From Minisyncoccota bacterium (GTDB lineage: Bacteria; Patescibacteriota; Minisyncoccia; UBA6257; GWB1-50-10), in NCBI GenBank assembly GCA_041917695.1, contig JAYRXE010000037.1:370582-434581 (forward strand): a stretch of 64,000 bases of DNA, in the 5' to 3' direction. The first letter of the stretch is position 1. Each line of letters starts with the position of its first letter. Shown here piece after piece: positions 36,006-44,969 of the stretch. The notes under the pieces are model-generated. The model was given only the letters and a program-made list of their open reading frames with translations, did not search any database and was not told the origin of the DNA. The position numbers and the translations under genes were made by a program.

Positions 36006-36677
36006 TTACGGATTGGTGATAGCGGTCACCGTGATGGTTCCGGTGTAGTTCGTGGCCTGCTGGGTGGCCGGCGCATCGGCACGGACCTTCATGACGACCG
36101 TCTGCGCGGAACCGGAATATGTGCTCGTTGTTGCAACATTCTGGGACGTCGATGTCGGAAATCCTGCGTACTGCGCCCCTGCGGCGCCGTCGGTATCGTT
36201 CGGGCCCCACCACGTCGTGCTATAAAGGCCGGCACCGGTTCCCGTCTGCATGACGCGGAAATGGAGGTTTGAACCGATGAGGTTTGTGGTCGTCGCATTG
36301 CCGTTACCCGTCGCGTTCCACGCGGTGTAATCGGGGAAGGTGATGGTGCCGGACGCAATCGTCGAGGTGACGCTCACGCGGCTGATACGGAGATTCCAAC
36401 CCGTCGCCGAGTTCGTCGAAACCGTCGCGGAAGACGTTGCGGAGACCGCAGAGCCCGGAGTAAGCGACCCGAGGGCGATGGTCGTCGTTGAGAGGCTCAG
36501 GGTAATCGTTTGGTTTACCGTGACGCTAATCGTCTGGTTCGTAGACGTCGAAACCTGCGCCAAGGCGTTCGGCATGAAAATCGAGGCGGGGAGCGAAAAA
36601 GCCCCCATCAAAAGCCCCGCGATGCCGACCACGACCACCGAAAATGCAAACCCTTCCAAAGAGATAAAATCTTTCAT
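36006..36677 (-). CDS. secreted Thr/Ser-rich beta protein, hypothetical (paralog pair A)
   Basis: Signal peptide. Shares ITFPDYTAWN, RADAPATQQATNY and C-terminal TAITNP with the next gene. Confidence 0.5.
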   Translation of the reverse strand: MKDFISLEGFAFSVVVVGIAGLLMGAFSLPASIFMPNALAQVSTSTNQTISVTVNQTITLSLSTTTIALGSLTPGSAVSATSSATVSTNSATGWNLRISRVSVTSTIASGTITFPDYTAWNATGNGNATTTNLIGSNLHFRVMQTGTGAGLYSTTWWGPNDTDGAAGAQYAGFPTSTSQNVATTSTYSGSAQTVVMKVRADAPATQQATNYTGTITVTAITNP

Positions 36678-36731
36678 GGGCTTATTATAACACTTTCACG
36701 TAACGACATGCCTTCTTCCCTTGTGGATAAT

Positions 36732-38075
36732 TTAGGGGTTCGTTATCGCCGTAAACGTGACAGTTCCTGCATAATTCGTCGCTTGCTGGGTCGCCGGCGC
36801 ATCGGCGCGGTATTGCACGGTCGTGACGGTCGTTCCCGAGTTCGATGACGTGGCATTTGCGATGGTTTGCGAGCTCGTCGGCATCCCTGCAAAGATAGCC
36901 GTGCCGTTCGTATCATTCGTCCCCCACCAAATACCGCAATAGCTCGAGTCCGTCCCGGTTTGCCGTACCCTGAAGGAAAAAACCGCTCCCGGGGCCGTTG
37001 AGCCGTTTCCTTGGCCCGCCGTGCATCCGGAGCCCGGATTCCACGCCGTGTAGTCGGGGAACGTAATCGTGGAACTCGCGAGAGTCGAGGTGACGCTCGT
37101 CCGGTTGATCTTCAAACTATAGCCGTTCGTCCCGCCGCTTATCGTGACAGACGCCGTTGTCGTCGCCGTTACCGCTGTGCCCGGCGTAAACGAACCGAGC
37201 GCGACGGTTGAACTTGAAAGCGTGAGGGTAATGGTCGGCGAACCTGCGCCCGAGGAAAGCGTCACCTGCGGATATTGCGAATAAGTGAAATTCGCCGCTG
37301 AGCCTGCATTCGTTACGCGGAAGCAATACGTTGCGGACGAGGTCGCCTGCGCGTTTGCTTGCACCGCATATTCAAGCTCAAGGAATGAATCGCTGGGGAG
37401 CGAAACCGCCGCCGCTTGGCTTCCCGCATCCTTCACGCCGCCGTTTGCCGCGAGAAACGCGTAATTCGAATCCGTCACGCCGCCCGAGCCTACGGAAATA
37501 TTCGTCGTGTTCGCGCCGTCGGTGAGGTTTGCCGTGTTCACCATGCTCCAGTCGGCATTCGTACCGACATCCACCCAGTTTGAGACGGCACTGCAGGTCG
37601 TCACCAGAAATCCGTACTCAAGCCGGAACTGCTGGGTTGAATATCCTTTTATCGTCCCTCCTTCGTTCGAAATCCCGACACGAATGCGTGTCGTGGTTGC
37701 TTTAGCAAAATTCGTGAGCGCCGCGTTCTCAACTCCGCCCGTCGCTGAGGTTGCCGCCGACTCCGAACCGTTGTCGTTCCTGAAATGAAAGCCAGTCTGC
37801 GTATAGTCGGGCTTTACCGGCTGAAAGAGCGCGCGGAGGAAACCAGCGACCGCGCGAAATGTCGTCGATGTTGAAAGTCCCGGAGCGTCAGAAAAACCAT
37901 TCTGCAGTATCCGGAAGGTTGTCGAACTTGAAAAACCCGCGGTCGAACCTATTTCCTGCCGGACAAAAAAATTCGTCGAGGACGCATCAAGCGCGAACGC
38001 GGTGCGGATGCCGAAGAGAAGCGCGGCGCAGAAAAAAAATACTGCACCGAGACGCGCCGAAGTGCGTTTTTTCAT
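36732..38075 (-). CDS. secreted Thr/Ser-rich beta protein, hypothetical (paralog pair B)
   Basis: Signal peptide. Same conserved blocks as 36006-36677 (ITFPDYTAWN ... YRADAPATQQATNYAGTVTFTAITNP). Confidence 0.5.
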   Translation of the reverse strand: MKKRTSARLGAVFFFCAALLFGIRTAFALDASSTNFFVRQEIGSTAGFSSSTTFRILQNGFSDAPGLSTSTTFRAVAGFLRALFQPVKPDYTQTGFHFRNDNGSESAATSATGGVENAALTNFAKATTTRIRVGISNEGGTIKGYSTQQFRLEYGFLVTTCSAVSNWVDVGTNADWSMVNTANLTDGANTTNISVGSGGVTDSNYAFLAANGGVKDAGSQAAAVSLPSDSFLELEYAVQANAQATSSATYCFRVTNAGSAANFTYSQYPQVTLSSGAGSPTITLTLSSSTVALGSFTPGTAVTATTTASVTISGGTNGYSLKINRTSVTSTLASSTITFPDYTAWNPGSGCTAGQGNGSTAPGAVFSFRVRQTGTDSSYCGIWWGTNDTNGTAIFAGMPTSSQTIANATSSNSGTTVTTVQYRADAPATQQATNYAGTVTFTAITNP

Positions 38076-38081
38076 GGAAGT

Positions 38082-38519
38082 CTAGCGGAGATACGAAACG
38101 ATCGGATCATCCGCGTCGAGGAATTTCCAATAGAGCACCATCGAGCGGTTGATGAAAAGAAACGACGTGCGCTTCACCGGCACGAGTTGCGTGGCGCTTT
38201 GGCCGCTCGCAGTACCGGAGAGCGAAAATTCCATCGACGAAGACTGCGTTTCGGATGAAGAAGGCGTGAATTTTTCAAGCACGTACACGTCGCTCAAGCC
38301 CACGACGTCGTCACCCATCCCGCTCAGATGCCCAAAAAGGATTTCGCCGTTCGCAAGCTGTACCGAGGCCCACTCCTTGGGAAGCGGGCTGTGCATGCGC
38401 ACGTAGAGGACGGTACGTTCCGCACCGAGCCAAACGGCGCCGGCAACGATAAGAAACAAGAGGACGAGCACCCACGGGCTTCGCGCCTTTCTTTTTATGC
38501 GGATAATATCTATCGCCAT
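38082..38519 (-). CDS. membrane-anchored hypothetical protein
   Basis: N-terminal TM WVLVLLFLIVAGAVWL; no family. Confidence 0.4.
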   Translation of the reverse strand: MAIDIIRIKRKARSPWVLVLLFLIVAGAVWLGAERTVLYVRMHSPLPKEWASVQLANGEILFGHLSGMGDDVVGLSDVYVLEKFTPSSSETQSSSMEFSLSGTASGQSATQLVPVKRTSFLFINRSMVLYWKFLDADDPIVSYLR

Positions 38520-38525
38520 AGTTGC

Positions 38526-38996
38526 TTATCTTGGATTATACCACGTCCCCTCTTCGCCCTGGTCGGCAAAAAAGTAGTAATATTCCCCGTCGCCGAAATT
38601 CTTGAGTGATTCAGCCGAAAATCCATACTGGAACGCCTTCCCCGATTCGCACGGAAGCGCGCGGTTCACGACGGCACGCGATACATCCTCGCGGTAGTCG
38701 ACCGACGCGGGATATACGAGGAGCGTCGCATAGGTCGCATGGCATCCGTCTTCAAGCACGACGCCTGTTGCCCCGCTTATCTTCCCGTCCGCGTACGCGA
38801 TGCGGCGATAGGTATCGGGAGAAGGCATGTTTCGCAAGACCGGATCGAGTATCGTGCGGGAAGATACAACCTTTTTTACCTCCGCGGTCTCTTCGGATTT
38901 TTTTTCTTTTCCGAAAAAAAACAAATAGCCCCCGGCGAGGATGAGGACGACGCCTAATGCGATGACGCGATAGAGCCGTTTCGAATCCCCTACCAT
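38526..38996 (-). CDS. membrane-anchored hypothetical protein
   Basis: Start moved to ATG 38996 (MVGDSKRLYRVIALGVVLILAGGYLFFF). The upstream part of the track ORF is GC-skewed Arg/His-rich and overlaps the next gene. Confidence 0.4.
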   Translation of the reverse strand: MVGDSKRLYRVIALGVVLILAGGYLFFFGKEKKSEETAEVKKVVSSRTILDPVLRNMPSPDTYRRIAYADGKISGATGVVLEDGCHATYATLLVYPASVDYREDVSRAVVNRALPCESGKAFQYGFSAESLKNFGDGEYYYFFADQGEEGTWYNPR

Positions 38997-39502
38997 TTGC
39001 GCACGACAAGCTCCACCATGATGTCCGAAATGACGTTCCAATAATGCTGCTGGGCAAACTGCCGGGCTTCCTCGGATTTCTTGTCCCACGGCGGATTGAA
39101 GAACACCACCATCTGCGAAACGTCGAAATGCGATTTGATAGGATAATGGTCGAGCTTGTTCGCCGCGCGCCAATCTTTGTTGAAATAGAGCCACGTGGCC
39201 TCCGAGAGCGTCCGCGTGTGCGTGGGATCCTGCCATGCGCGGATGGAGGTGTAATACGGCCCGATGATGGTTACTTTCGCCCCGTCGGCGCAAATGCGCC
39301 AGATTTCGTCCATGAACTTCATGAGGTCATGCGTGTGCTCGGCATAGTGGCTTACGTGGGCTTCTTCCACGGAATTATCTTCAAACGGCGCCCAGGGAAA
39401 TTGTTCCAGGTCCCACACGTAATCGACGCCGGGTCCCGGTGCGATGTCGACTCCCTTGAATCCGGCGCGTTTGTTCTGTCCGCAGGCGATATCGAGCTTC
39501 AT
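38990..39502 (-). CDS. class I SAM-dependent methyltransferase
   Basis: MKLDIACGQNKRAGFKGVDI (motif I LDxxCG) ... ADGAKVTIIGP (motif III-like). Confidence 0.65.
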   Translation of the reverse strand: MKLDIACGQNKRAGFKGVDIAPGPGVDYVWDLEQFPWAPFEDNSVEEAHVSHYAEHTHDLMKFMDEIWRICADGAKVTIIGPYYTSIRAWQDPTHTRTLSEATWLYFNKDWRAANKLDHYPIKSHFDVSQMVVFFNPPWDKKSEEARQFAQQHYWNVISDIMVELVVRKW

Positions 39503-39515
39503 GACGTTAAATAGG

Positions 39516-40505
39516 TTAGTTGTTGATCACGTAATCGTACGCGGCTTTGGAAATTTCCGCCATGAAAGACGCAGCGCGCTTCTCATCTCCGCCGTTCGAA
39601 CCCACGCAGAGAATATAATGCCGGTTCGAAGCATATACGATACCGCAATCGGAGAACGTCTCATCGTTTGCCGCAATACCTATCTTATGTGCGACGGAGA
39701 CCCGCTCCGGGACTCCTGCAACGATCTTGTCATTGAAGCTACTACTCGCCAAATACCCGAGTATCTGTTCGGAATGCTCAGGGGAAACATATGTCGCATT
39801 GTAGAGGGCGAGAAACATGTTCGAGAGCGTCTTTAAATTGATCTTCACGTAAGTGGGCGCGGTATTCTCACCAAACCCTGGCACACCCTCCCCATAGGCC
39901 CACCCAAATTGCGCATATACATCCGCTAACGGGTCGGCGATGCCCGTGTTCATCAAAATGTTCTGCACGGCAATTGCGGCGGTATTATCCGATTGCTCCA
40001 ACATAATCCGTACCAATTCCTCAAGGCTGAAATCGTGGTCAGCTCCATTTTTATATAAATCACCGAAATCCTTATTCAAATCAAGTTCGCTAAGAGTGTA
40101 TCGATCGTTTAAGTGTAACTTTCCCTCCTCAACAGCCTTCATCGCCGACATCGCGAGCGGCACCTTCACGGTGCTTGCCGCAGTGAACTCTTCCCGTTCA
40201 TTCAGGCCCGTCCACGCACCGTTATTGAGATAGAGGAAATAAACATAGGTCTTTTGGGGATACCTCGCCTGTATCTCGGCAAGCGCCTTCCTTAGCGGTC
40301 CGAAATTAATGATGAAATGCTTGTTAAGATTCGACATGACGGTCGGATTGACGAACGCAAGATCTCCGCGCGCATTTTCACGCTCCAAAACATCTTTTGC
40401 CGAATCAGGGCTGTCCTTTTTTCCTGAAAAAGTTTTTCCCAAAACAAAGCTCGCCGTAGCAACGGCTAAAATTATCGGAACCGCGATGAAAATTTTTTTT
40501 ACCAT
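39516..40505 (-). CDS. class A beta-lactamase-like serine hydrolase (secreted)
   Basis: Signal anchor; ASTVK (SxxK), SDN, KIG (KTG-like) in the canonical order and spacing. Confidence 0.7.
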   Translation of the reverse strand: MVKKIFIAVPIILAVATASFVLGKTFSGKKDSPDSAKDVLERENARGDLAFVNPTVMSNLNKHFIINFGPLRKALAEIQARYPQKTYVYFLYLNNGAWTGLNEREEFTAASTVKVPLAMSAMKAVEEGKLHLNDRYTLSELDLNKDFGDLYKNGADHDFSLEELVRIMLEQSDNTAAIAVQNILMNTGIADPLADVYAQFGWAYGEGVPGFGENTAPTYVKINLKTLSNMFLALYNATYVSPEHSEQILGYLASSSFNDKIVAGVPERVSVAHKIGIAANDETFSDCGIVYASNRHYILCVGSNGGDEKRAASFMAEISKAAYDYVINN

Positions 40506-41218
40506 ACGATATCCATTTGCGCGTCGTAATGCCCCACTCTGACACGCGTATCACACGCCACCTTATACCCTAGTTTCCGTATCTTTTCGAAGAAATACAG
40601 GTCTTGCGTATATGCCTTGATGCCCCGTTCGTGGTCCCATTCATTAAACGTCTTAAACCAGGGTTTTTCAATCCGCGTGTCCCTAAAAAGCTCCATTTTG
40701 AAAAGCGTGAAGCCCATCCCAAGCCCATTGCACTCTTGAATTTCCTCCTGCGGCACTTGCGGACGGAAGTTCATCTCACTATCTTTCGGATCGCCATATA
40801 TCATCGGCTGGCCGCCCTCTCCCTTCGTCCAATAGAGACCACCAACGGCGGCGTAGTCGTCGATGTGTTCGTATAATTTGATAAGCCCGTCGGGCGGAGG
40901 GATATTATCCTCTTCCAAGGTAAGCACGTATTTCCATTTGGAAAGCTCGGGGTTTCCCAAAATAGTTTCGATGGTTGAGCTATAGGCCTCCCCAACCTCC
41001 ATGCCGATTGCAAATATCCTCGTGAATTTCTGGTTCATGGGCGCGATCATACCCATCCACGCTTGGGTGACTTTCGCAGGAATCATTCCGCGCGTGGGAA
41101 CGATGCAGACGGTCGAGAGGTCGCGATACCCCTTCCCTTTTTCCAATCGCTCAATGCTCTCCGAAAAATTAGCATTATGAGTCCCTTGGTAGTTTTGGAT
41201 GACGATTTGAGGCTTCAT
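40499..41218 (-). CDS. putative glycosyltransferase-like protein
   Basis: CIVPTRG ... LEEDNIPPPD ... QDLYFFEKIRKLGYKV is loosely GT-A-like. Tentative. Confidence 0.35.
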   Translation of the reverse strand: MKPQIVIQNYQGTHNANFSESIERLEKGKGYRDLSTVCIVPTRGMIPAKVTQAWMGMIAPMNQKFTRIFAIGMEVGEAYSSTIETILGNPELSKWKYVLTLEEDNIPPPDGLIKLYEHIDDYAAVGGLYWTKGEGGQPMIYGDPKDSEMNFRPQVPQEEIQECNGLGMGFTLFKMELFRDTRIEKPWFKTFNEWDHERGIKAYTQDLYFFEKIRKLGYKVACDTRVRVGHYDAQMDIVW

Positions 41219-41233
41219 ATGATATTCATTACT

Positions 41234-42841
41234 TTACCAAACCAAATTGATGTACGGTTTCTGTTGCTGACTCGACCCGCCGGTGCTTGTAATGACGGAT
41301 GTATGCACCGACGCAGGCATGATCGGCGTCAGGAAATCTCCTACGGCGGATGTCGAGGAAAATATACCGTTCAGCCATTGAGAATTCACGTTGAAAGTCG
41401 ATGCGGTGGCAAAATTTCCCGCTGTATTTATAGACCCAGAAAAGCGCGCCACGCTGTTTGCCGGCATGACCGCTACGCTCGACGAGCGGTTCGTTTGCGC
41501 GACCACGAGCCAATACTGACCAGCCGATAACGAGTCTCCTCCATTGGTGTACAACGGTATTTTGCGAATGCCGCTTACGATGGTCGAAATATTGCCAGCG
41601 CTCGAACTTGAGTTTGCATTGCTGTCAGTCCCCCAGTAAAAGCGATGGCTTTGGGCGGTAACACTATTCTGGCTCACTTCATTCCGCCACATGAATGAAG
41701 ACAGGCGGGACAAGGCGGTGCCGCCATTCAAGGTATAAATGCCCACCATATACGCAATCGATTGGGAGCCTGTTCCGGCCACGGTAGCAAAGTTGGCAAT
41801 CATATTTACGCTTCTAAACGTGAGATTCTGCAATACCTGAAGGGGGCCTACATAATAGGACGCAGTGATATTAGTGCCGGCTCCCGTCGCGCCGGTATAT
41901 TGCGAAGAAGTCGCCAAGTAAGCGGGGACATGCGGCCAATGGGAAACAGTTGCTCCTCCCCCGCCAGCGTTTACGCTTGCCGTGATCGTCGAGCCGTTCA
42001 TGCCGAAGGTGACGCCGTTTGAGTTTGAAAAGACGATGTTCCCCGCCGTTACCGGCGCGCCCGCGTTCACCCCGATGCCGGCAATGGTCGTCGAGGAGTT
42101 TGAGATGACATTGATGACGCCGTTTTCGCAAACAAGTGCGCGCGTCAAAGTCGAGTTGTACCACAGGGCGCCGTTATTCGTGCATGCCCCGCCCAAACTG
42201 TCCGCGGTGTTTGCAACGTCAAGTGAGAGTACCGTTTGGCTTCCGGCGCCGATGCCGCTCCCGGTGCCGATCTGCACCTTGGTAGAGGTAGGCGTGCGGA
42301 GAGCCGCGCCGTACACGCTTTCCGCGGTTTGCGCCCAGGCGTTCGACGTTATCTGCTGGCGCGGGGTCAGGTCTTCCCAGCTGCCGGAGCACGTGGAGGT
42401 GACGGTATTCACCGCCACTTGAAGGTACAAAGTCGACGTCGTCAGGAAATCAAGACCCGAGAGATCGTCCATGCGCCCGACCTGGTCGCTAAAGACGCCG
42501 TCCGTAACGGTCGTCGTCGTATTCGTCGGCGTCCCTGCCGGCCATACCTTATTCCCTCCGCTTGCCGCGTCATAAATGGAATAGCGGAAACAATAGAGCG
42601 TGCCGGTTCCTCCGAGCGGGTTCCCCGACGTGTCGGTCAGCCTCCCCTGGTACGAAATAAGGTTCGGCACGCCGGCTGCGGACTGCGCCTCGGGCGGCGC
42701 GAAGATGCGTCCCGCGAGCGAAAGATACAGGAAAAACGTAAAAATACCCTCGAGCGCAACCAAGAAAAGCGCGAAAGCGGCGCCCCTGCGCTTCGTATTG
42801 CGGATTTTCACCCCCTGGATGCTGTCGACGGAAAAACTCAT
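41234..42841 (-). CDS. large Thr/Ser/Gly/Asn-rich surface protein with N-terminal TM anchor
   Basis: TM AAFALFLVALEGIFTFFLYLSLAG, then a low-complexity beta-rich ectodomain. Confidence 0.45.
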   Translation of the reverse strand: MSFSVDSIQGVKIRNTKRRGAAFALFLVALEGIFTFFLYLSLAGRIFAPPEAQSAAGVPNLISYQGRLTDTSGNPLGGTGTLYCFRYSIYDAASGGNKVWPAGTPTNTTTTVTDGVFSDQVGRMDDLSGLDFLTTSTLYLQVAVNTVTSTCSGSWEDLTPRQQITSNAWAQTAESVYGAALRTPTSTKVQIGTGSGIGAGSQTVLSLDVANTADSLGGACTNNGALWYNSTLTRALVCENGVINVISNSSTTIAGIGVNAGAPVTAGNIVFSNSNGVTFGMNGSTITASVNAGGGGATVSHWPHVPAYLATSSQYTGATGAGTNITASYYVGPLQVLQNLTFRSVNMIANFATVAGTGSQSIAYMVGIYTLNGGTALSRLSSFMWRNEVSQNSVTAQSHRFYWGTDSNANSSSSAGNISTIVSGIRKIPLYTNGGDSLSAGQYWLVVAQTNRSSSVAVMPANSVARFSGSINTAGNFATASTFNVNSQWLNGIFSSTSAVGDFLTPIMPASVHTSVITSTGGSSQQQKPYINLVW

Positions 42842-42844
42842 GGA

Positions 42845-43480
42845 TTATTTTTTCAATAAAAGGCCCCGCGCCGTGCGGTGGGTTTCTTGATATGCATTCG
42901 AAAACTCTACCGCAAGCTCGCGTTCCGCGGGAACACGGGACGCGTGAAAATGCGCATTATGATGGAGCGCGAACTCCAAAGGCGCCGTCACTTTCATGAA
43001 ATAGGCATCCACTTCCTTGCCGTCCTTGCGCGCCACGGACCACTGCCACCCGAAATCAAGCAAATGGTCGCCAAACGGCAAAGGCTGGGAAACAGCCGTA
43101 TACTGCTCGCCTATCGGTATGATGTCCTGGGTCTGATAGAAGACTTCGAAATTAAAACCGTAGCCTTGGAATTTCGTACGGCGGTTTTCCGTGAGCCGCG
43201 TGAGAATCCGCGCCGCTTCGGCTGGGAGCGGCGAAGAAGCGGGTTCGCGCGCTTCAAGGTCTTCGAAGCGGATGCGATGTTCCTCGCACGCGATTTGAAG
43301 CCCCAGAGCGGGAAGATCGATGACCTTCATGCGAAGCATCGGATCGTCGGCAAGCTGCATCCCCCGCCCCCGATCGCCCTTGAAAAGCTCAACCAACTCG
43401 CTTGGCTCGGGCACTAACGACACGCCCCGTTCAAAAACGAATATCATGTTTGCCTTGTGGAGCGATTCGGAGCGTATCAT
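42845..43480 (-). CDS. hypothetical protein
   Basis: Soluble, no family recognised. Confidence 0.4.
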   Translation of the reverse strand: MIRSESLHKANMIFVFERGVSLVPEPSELVELFKGDRGRGMQLADDPMLRMKVIDLPALGLQIACEEHRIRFEDLEAREPASSPLPAEAARILTRLTENRRTKFQGYGFNFEVFYQTQDIIPIGEQYTAVSQPLPFGDHLLDFGWQWSVARKDGKEVDAYFMKVTAPLEFALHHNAHFHASRVPAERELAVEFSNAYQETHRTARGLLLKK

Positions 43481-43486
43481 GTTTTT

Positions 43487-44902
43487 CTATTCAGCCTTTA
43501 CGCGGGTCACCTTGATGCCGAACACCTCGTCGCGCGGAATGGTGGGGCCGTTGCCCTGGTCCGCGACGGTAAGGTAATAGACCCCGTCCTCGAGGGTGGG
43601 CGGCACGTCGCGGTCGGTGAATTTCTGCGTGAGCGAACCATTGTGGCATTCAAACGCCTTGTTGAAAAGCGCGAGCGAGGGATCTTTCAGGTATCCGTCC
43701 CGCTCCTTGAACAGAAGCGTTGCCAGATATCCTTTGCGGCAGGCGGATTGCAGTTCAAATGAATGCTCGTCGAGAAGCCGCAAACGCGCATCATCCATCT
43801 TCCGGCCCGCTTCAGCCTTGTACTCCTTCACGTCTTCAGTCGGAAGCCATTGTATGTCTTTGATATTAAGGGACGCGCTGTTTTCGAGGGCAAACGTAAA
43901 ACGCGGAGGGCCTTGGGGCGTCGACGGCGTCGGCGTCGGGTCAACCACTTGTTCGGGAGACGGCTCGACGACATTCGGCTCAACCACCACGTGCATCGCA
44001 TCGTCTATTACGTCGGCCACGGAATTGATGGCGTCGCCGATGACATTCCCCACGTCCGATGCGGCATCAAGGACCGAATCGAGGCCGTCCCGGGCGGCGT
44101 CCATAAATGACTGGTCGTATTCGGCCTCAACCCAAAGTCCGTCCAAGAGGACGGTCGGCGCATCGCCCGTCGGAAGCGACGCAAACTGGAACTGGAGATT
44201 CCGCACGTCGTCCCACGACGCGACGGGAATTTCGATTGAAAAACCGCGCCAATTCGATTCGGCGATCTCCGCAAGCGGCTTCCATTCGGTTCCGCCGTCC
44301 ACCGAAAAGCTCACCGCCATGAATGCGGGGTTCGCGGATACGCCTTGCGTTACCTGGTCTTCGGCGTGAACCTCCGGGACAAAACGAAACGCCGCAGGAG
44401 CGGATGATTCGCTTTGCGGTTCCGCAGGCTTCTCTTGCGGTTGTTCTTGCGGGAGAGCCGGTTCCGCAGGCTTCGGTTCGGGCTCGCGGTTCGGCGCTTC
44501 CTCTCCCTTTTTTTCTTCGTTCAATGTCTCCTGCCACTCGGCTTCGTCCCCGCTCGCCGGAGAATTTTCGGCAAATGAAACATCCCACGAGACATGGAGC
44601 ACGATGCGCGTCGGCGGCGAATGCTTTTCGCCGGGATCGAAATAACCGCAATATATCTGTCCCGTACGGTTATGCAATACGGCGGAATTCGAATCGGAGA
44701 AACCGTCCGATTGGCCCATGCGTTCGGGTTCGCCTGATGCGCCGCCGGGGTTTTCCCAGCCTCCCAGGCACGATGACGGATACGCCACAAGGGACGCCGC
44801 AGAGGCGGCATAACGGTCATTCGTCGTATTCGTCGAAAGGCTGAGCGCCAAAAATACAAATACAAGGACGCCAACGGTCGTATTCTTTAACCAACGTGGC
44901 AT
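43487..44902 (-). CDS. secreted hypothetical protein with Pro/Glu-rich linker
   Basis: Signal anchor VGVLVFVFLALSLS and a PEPKPAEPALPQEQPQEKPAEPQ linker. Confidence 0.45.
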   Translation of the reverse strand: MPRWLKNTTVGVLVFVFLALSLSTNTTNDRYAASAASLVAYPSSCLGGWENPGGASGEPERMGQSDGFSDSNSAVLHNRTGQIYCGYFDPGEKHSPPTRIVLHVSWDVSFAENSPASGDEAEWQETLNEEKKGEEAPNREPEPKPAEPALPQEQPQEKPAEPQSESSAPAAFRFVPEVHAEDQVTQGVSANPAFMAVSFSVDGGTEWKPLAEIAESNWRGFSIEIPVASWDDVRNLQFQFASLPTGDAPTVLLDGLWVEAEYDQSFMDAARDGLDSVLDAASDVGNVIGDAINSVADVIDDAMHVVVEPNVVEPSPEQVVDPTPTPSTPQGPPRFTFALENSASLNIKDIQWLPTEDVKEYKAEAGRKMDDARLRLLDEHSFELQSACRKGYLATLLFKERDGYLKDPSLALFNKAFECHNGSLTQKFTDRDVPPTLEDGVYYLTVADQGNGPTIPRDEVFGIKVTRVKAE

Positions 44903-44969
44903 TGTGCATTTATTTTAGCACACCAAATGAACCTTCACGTTAGAGAAATGTTAATAACTCCCGCGAAGG

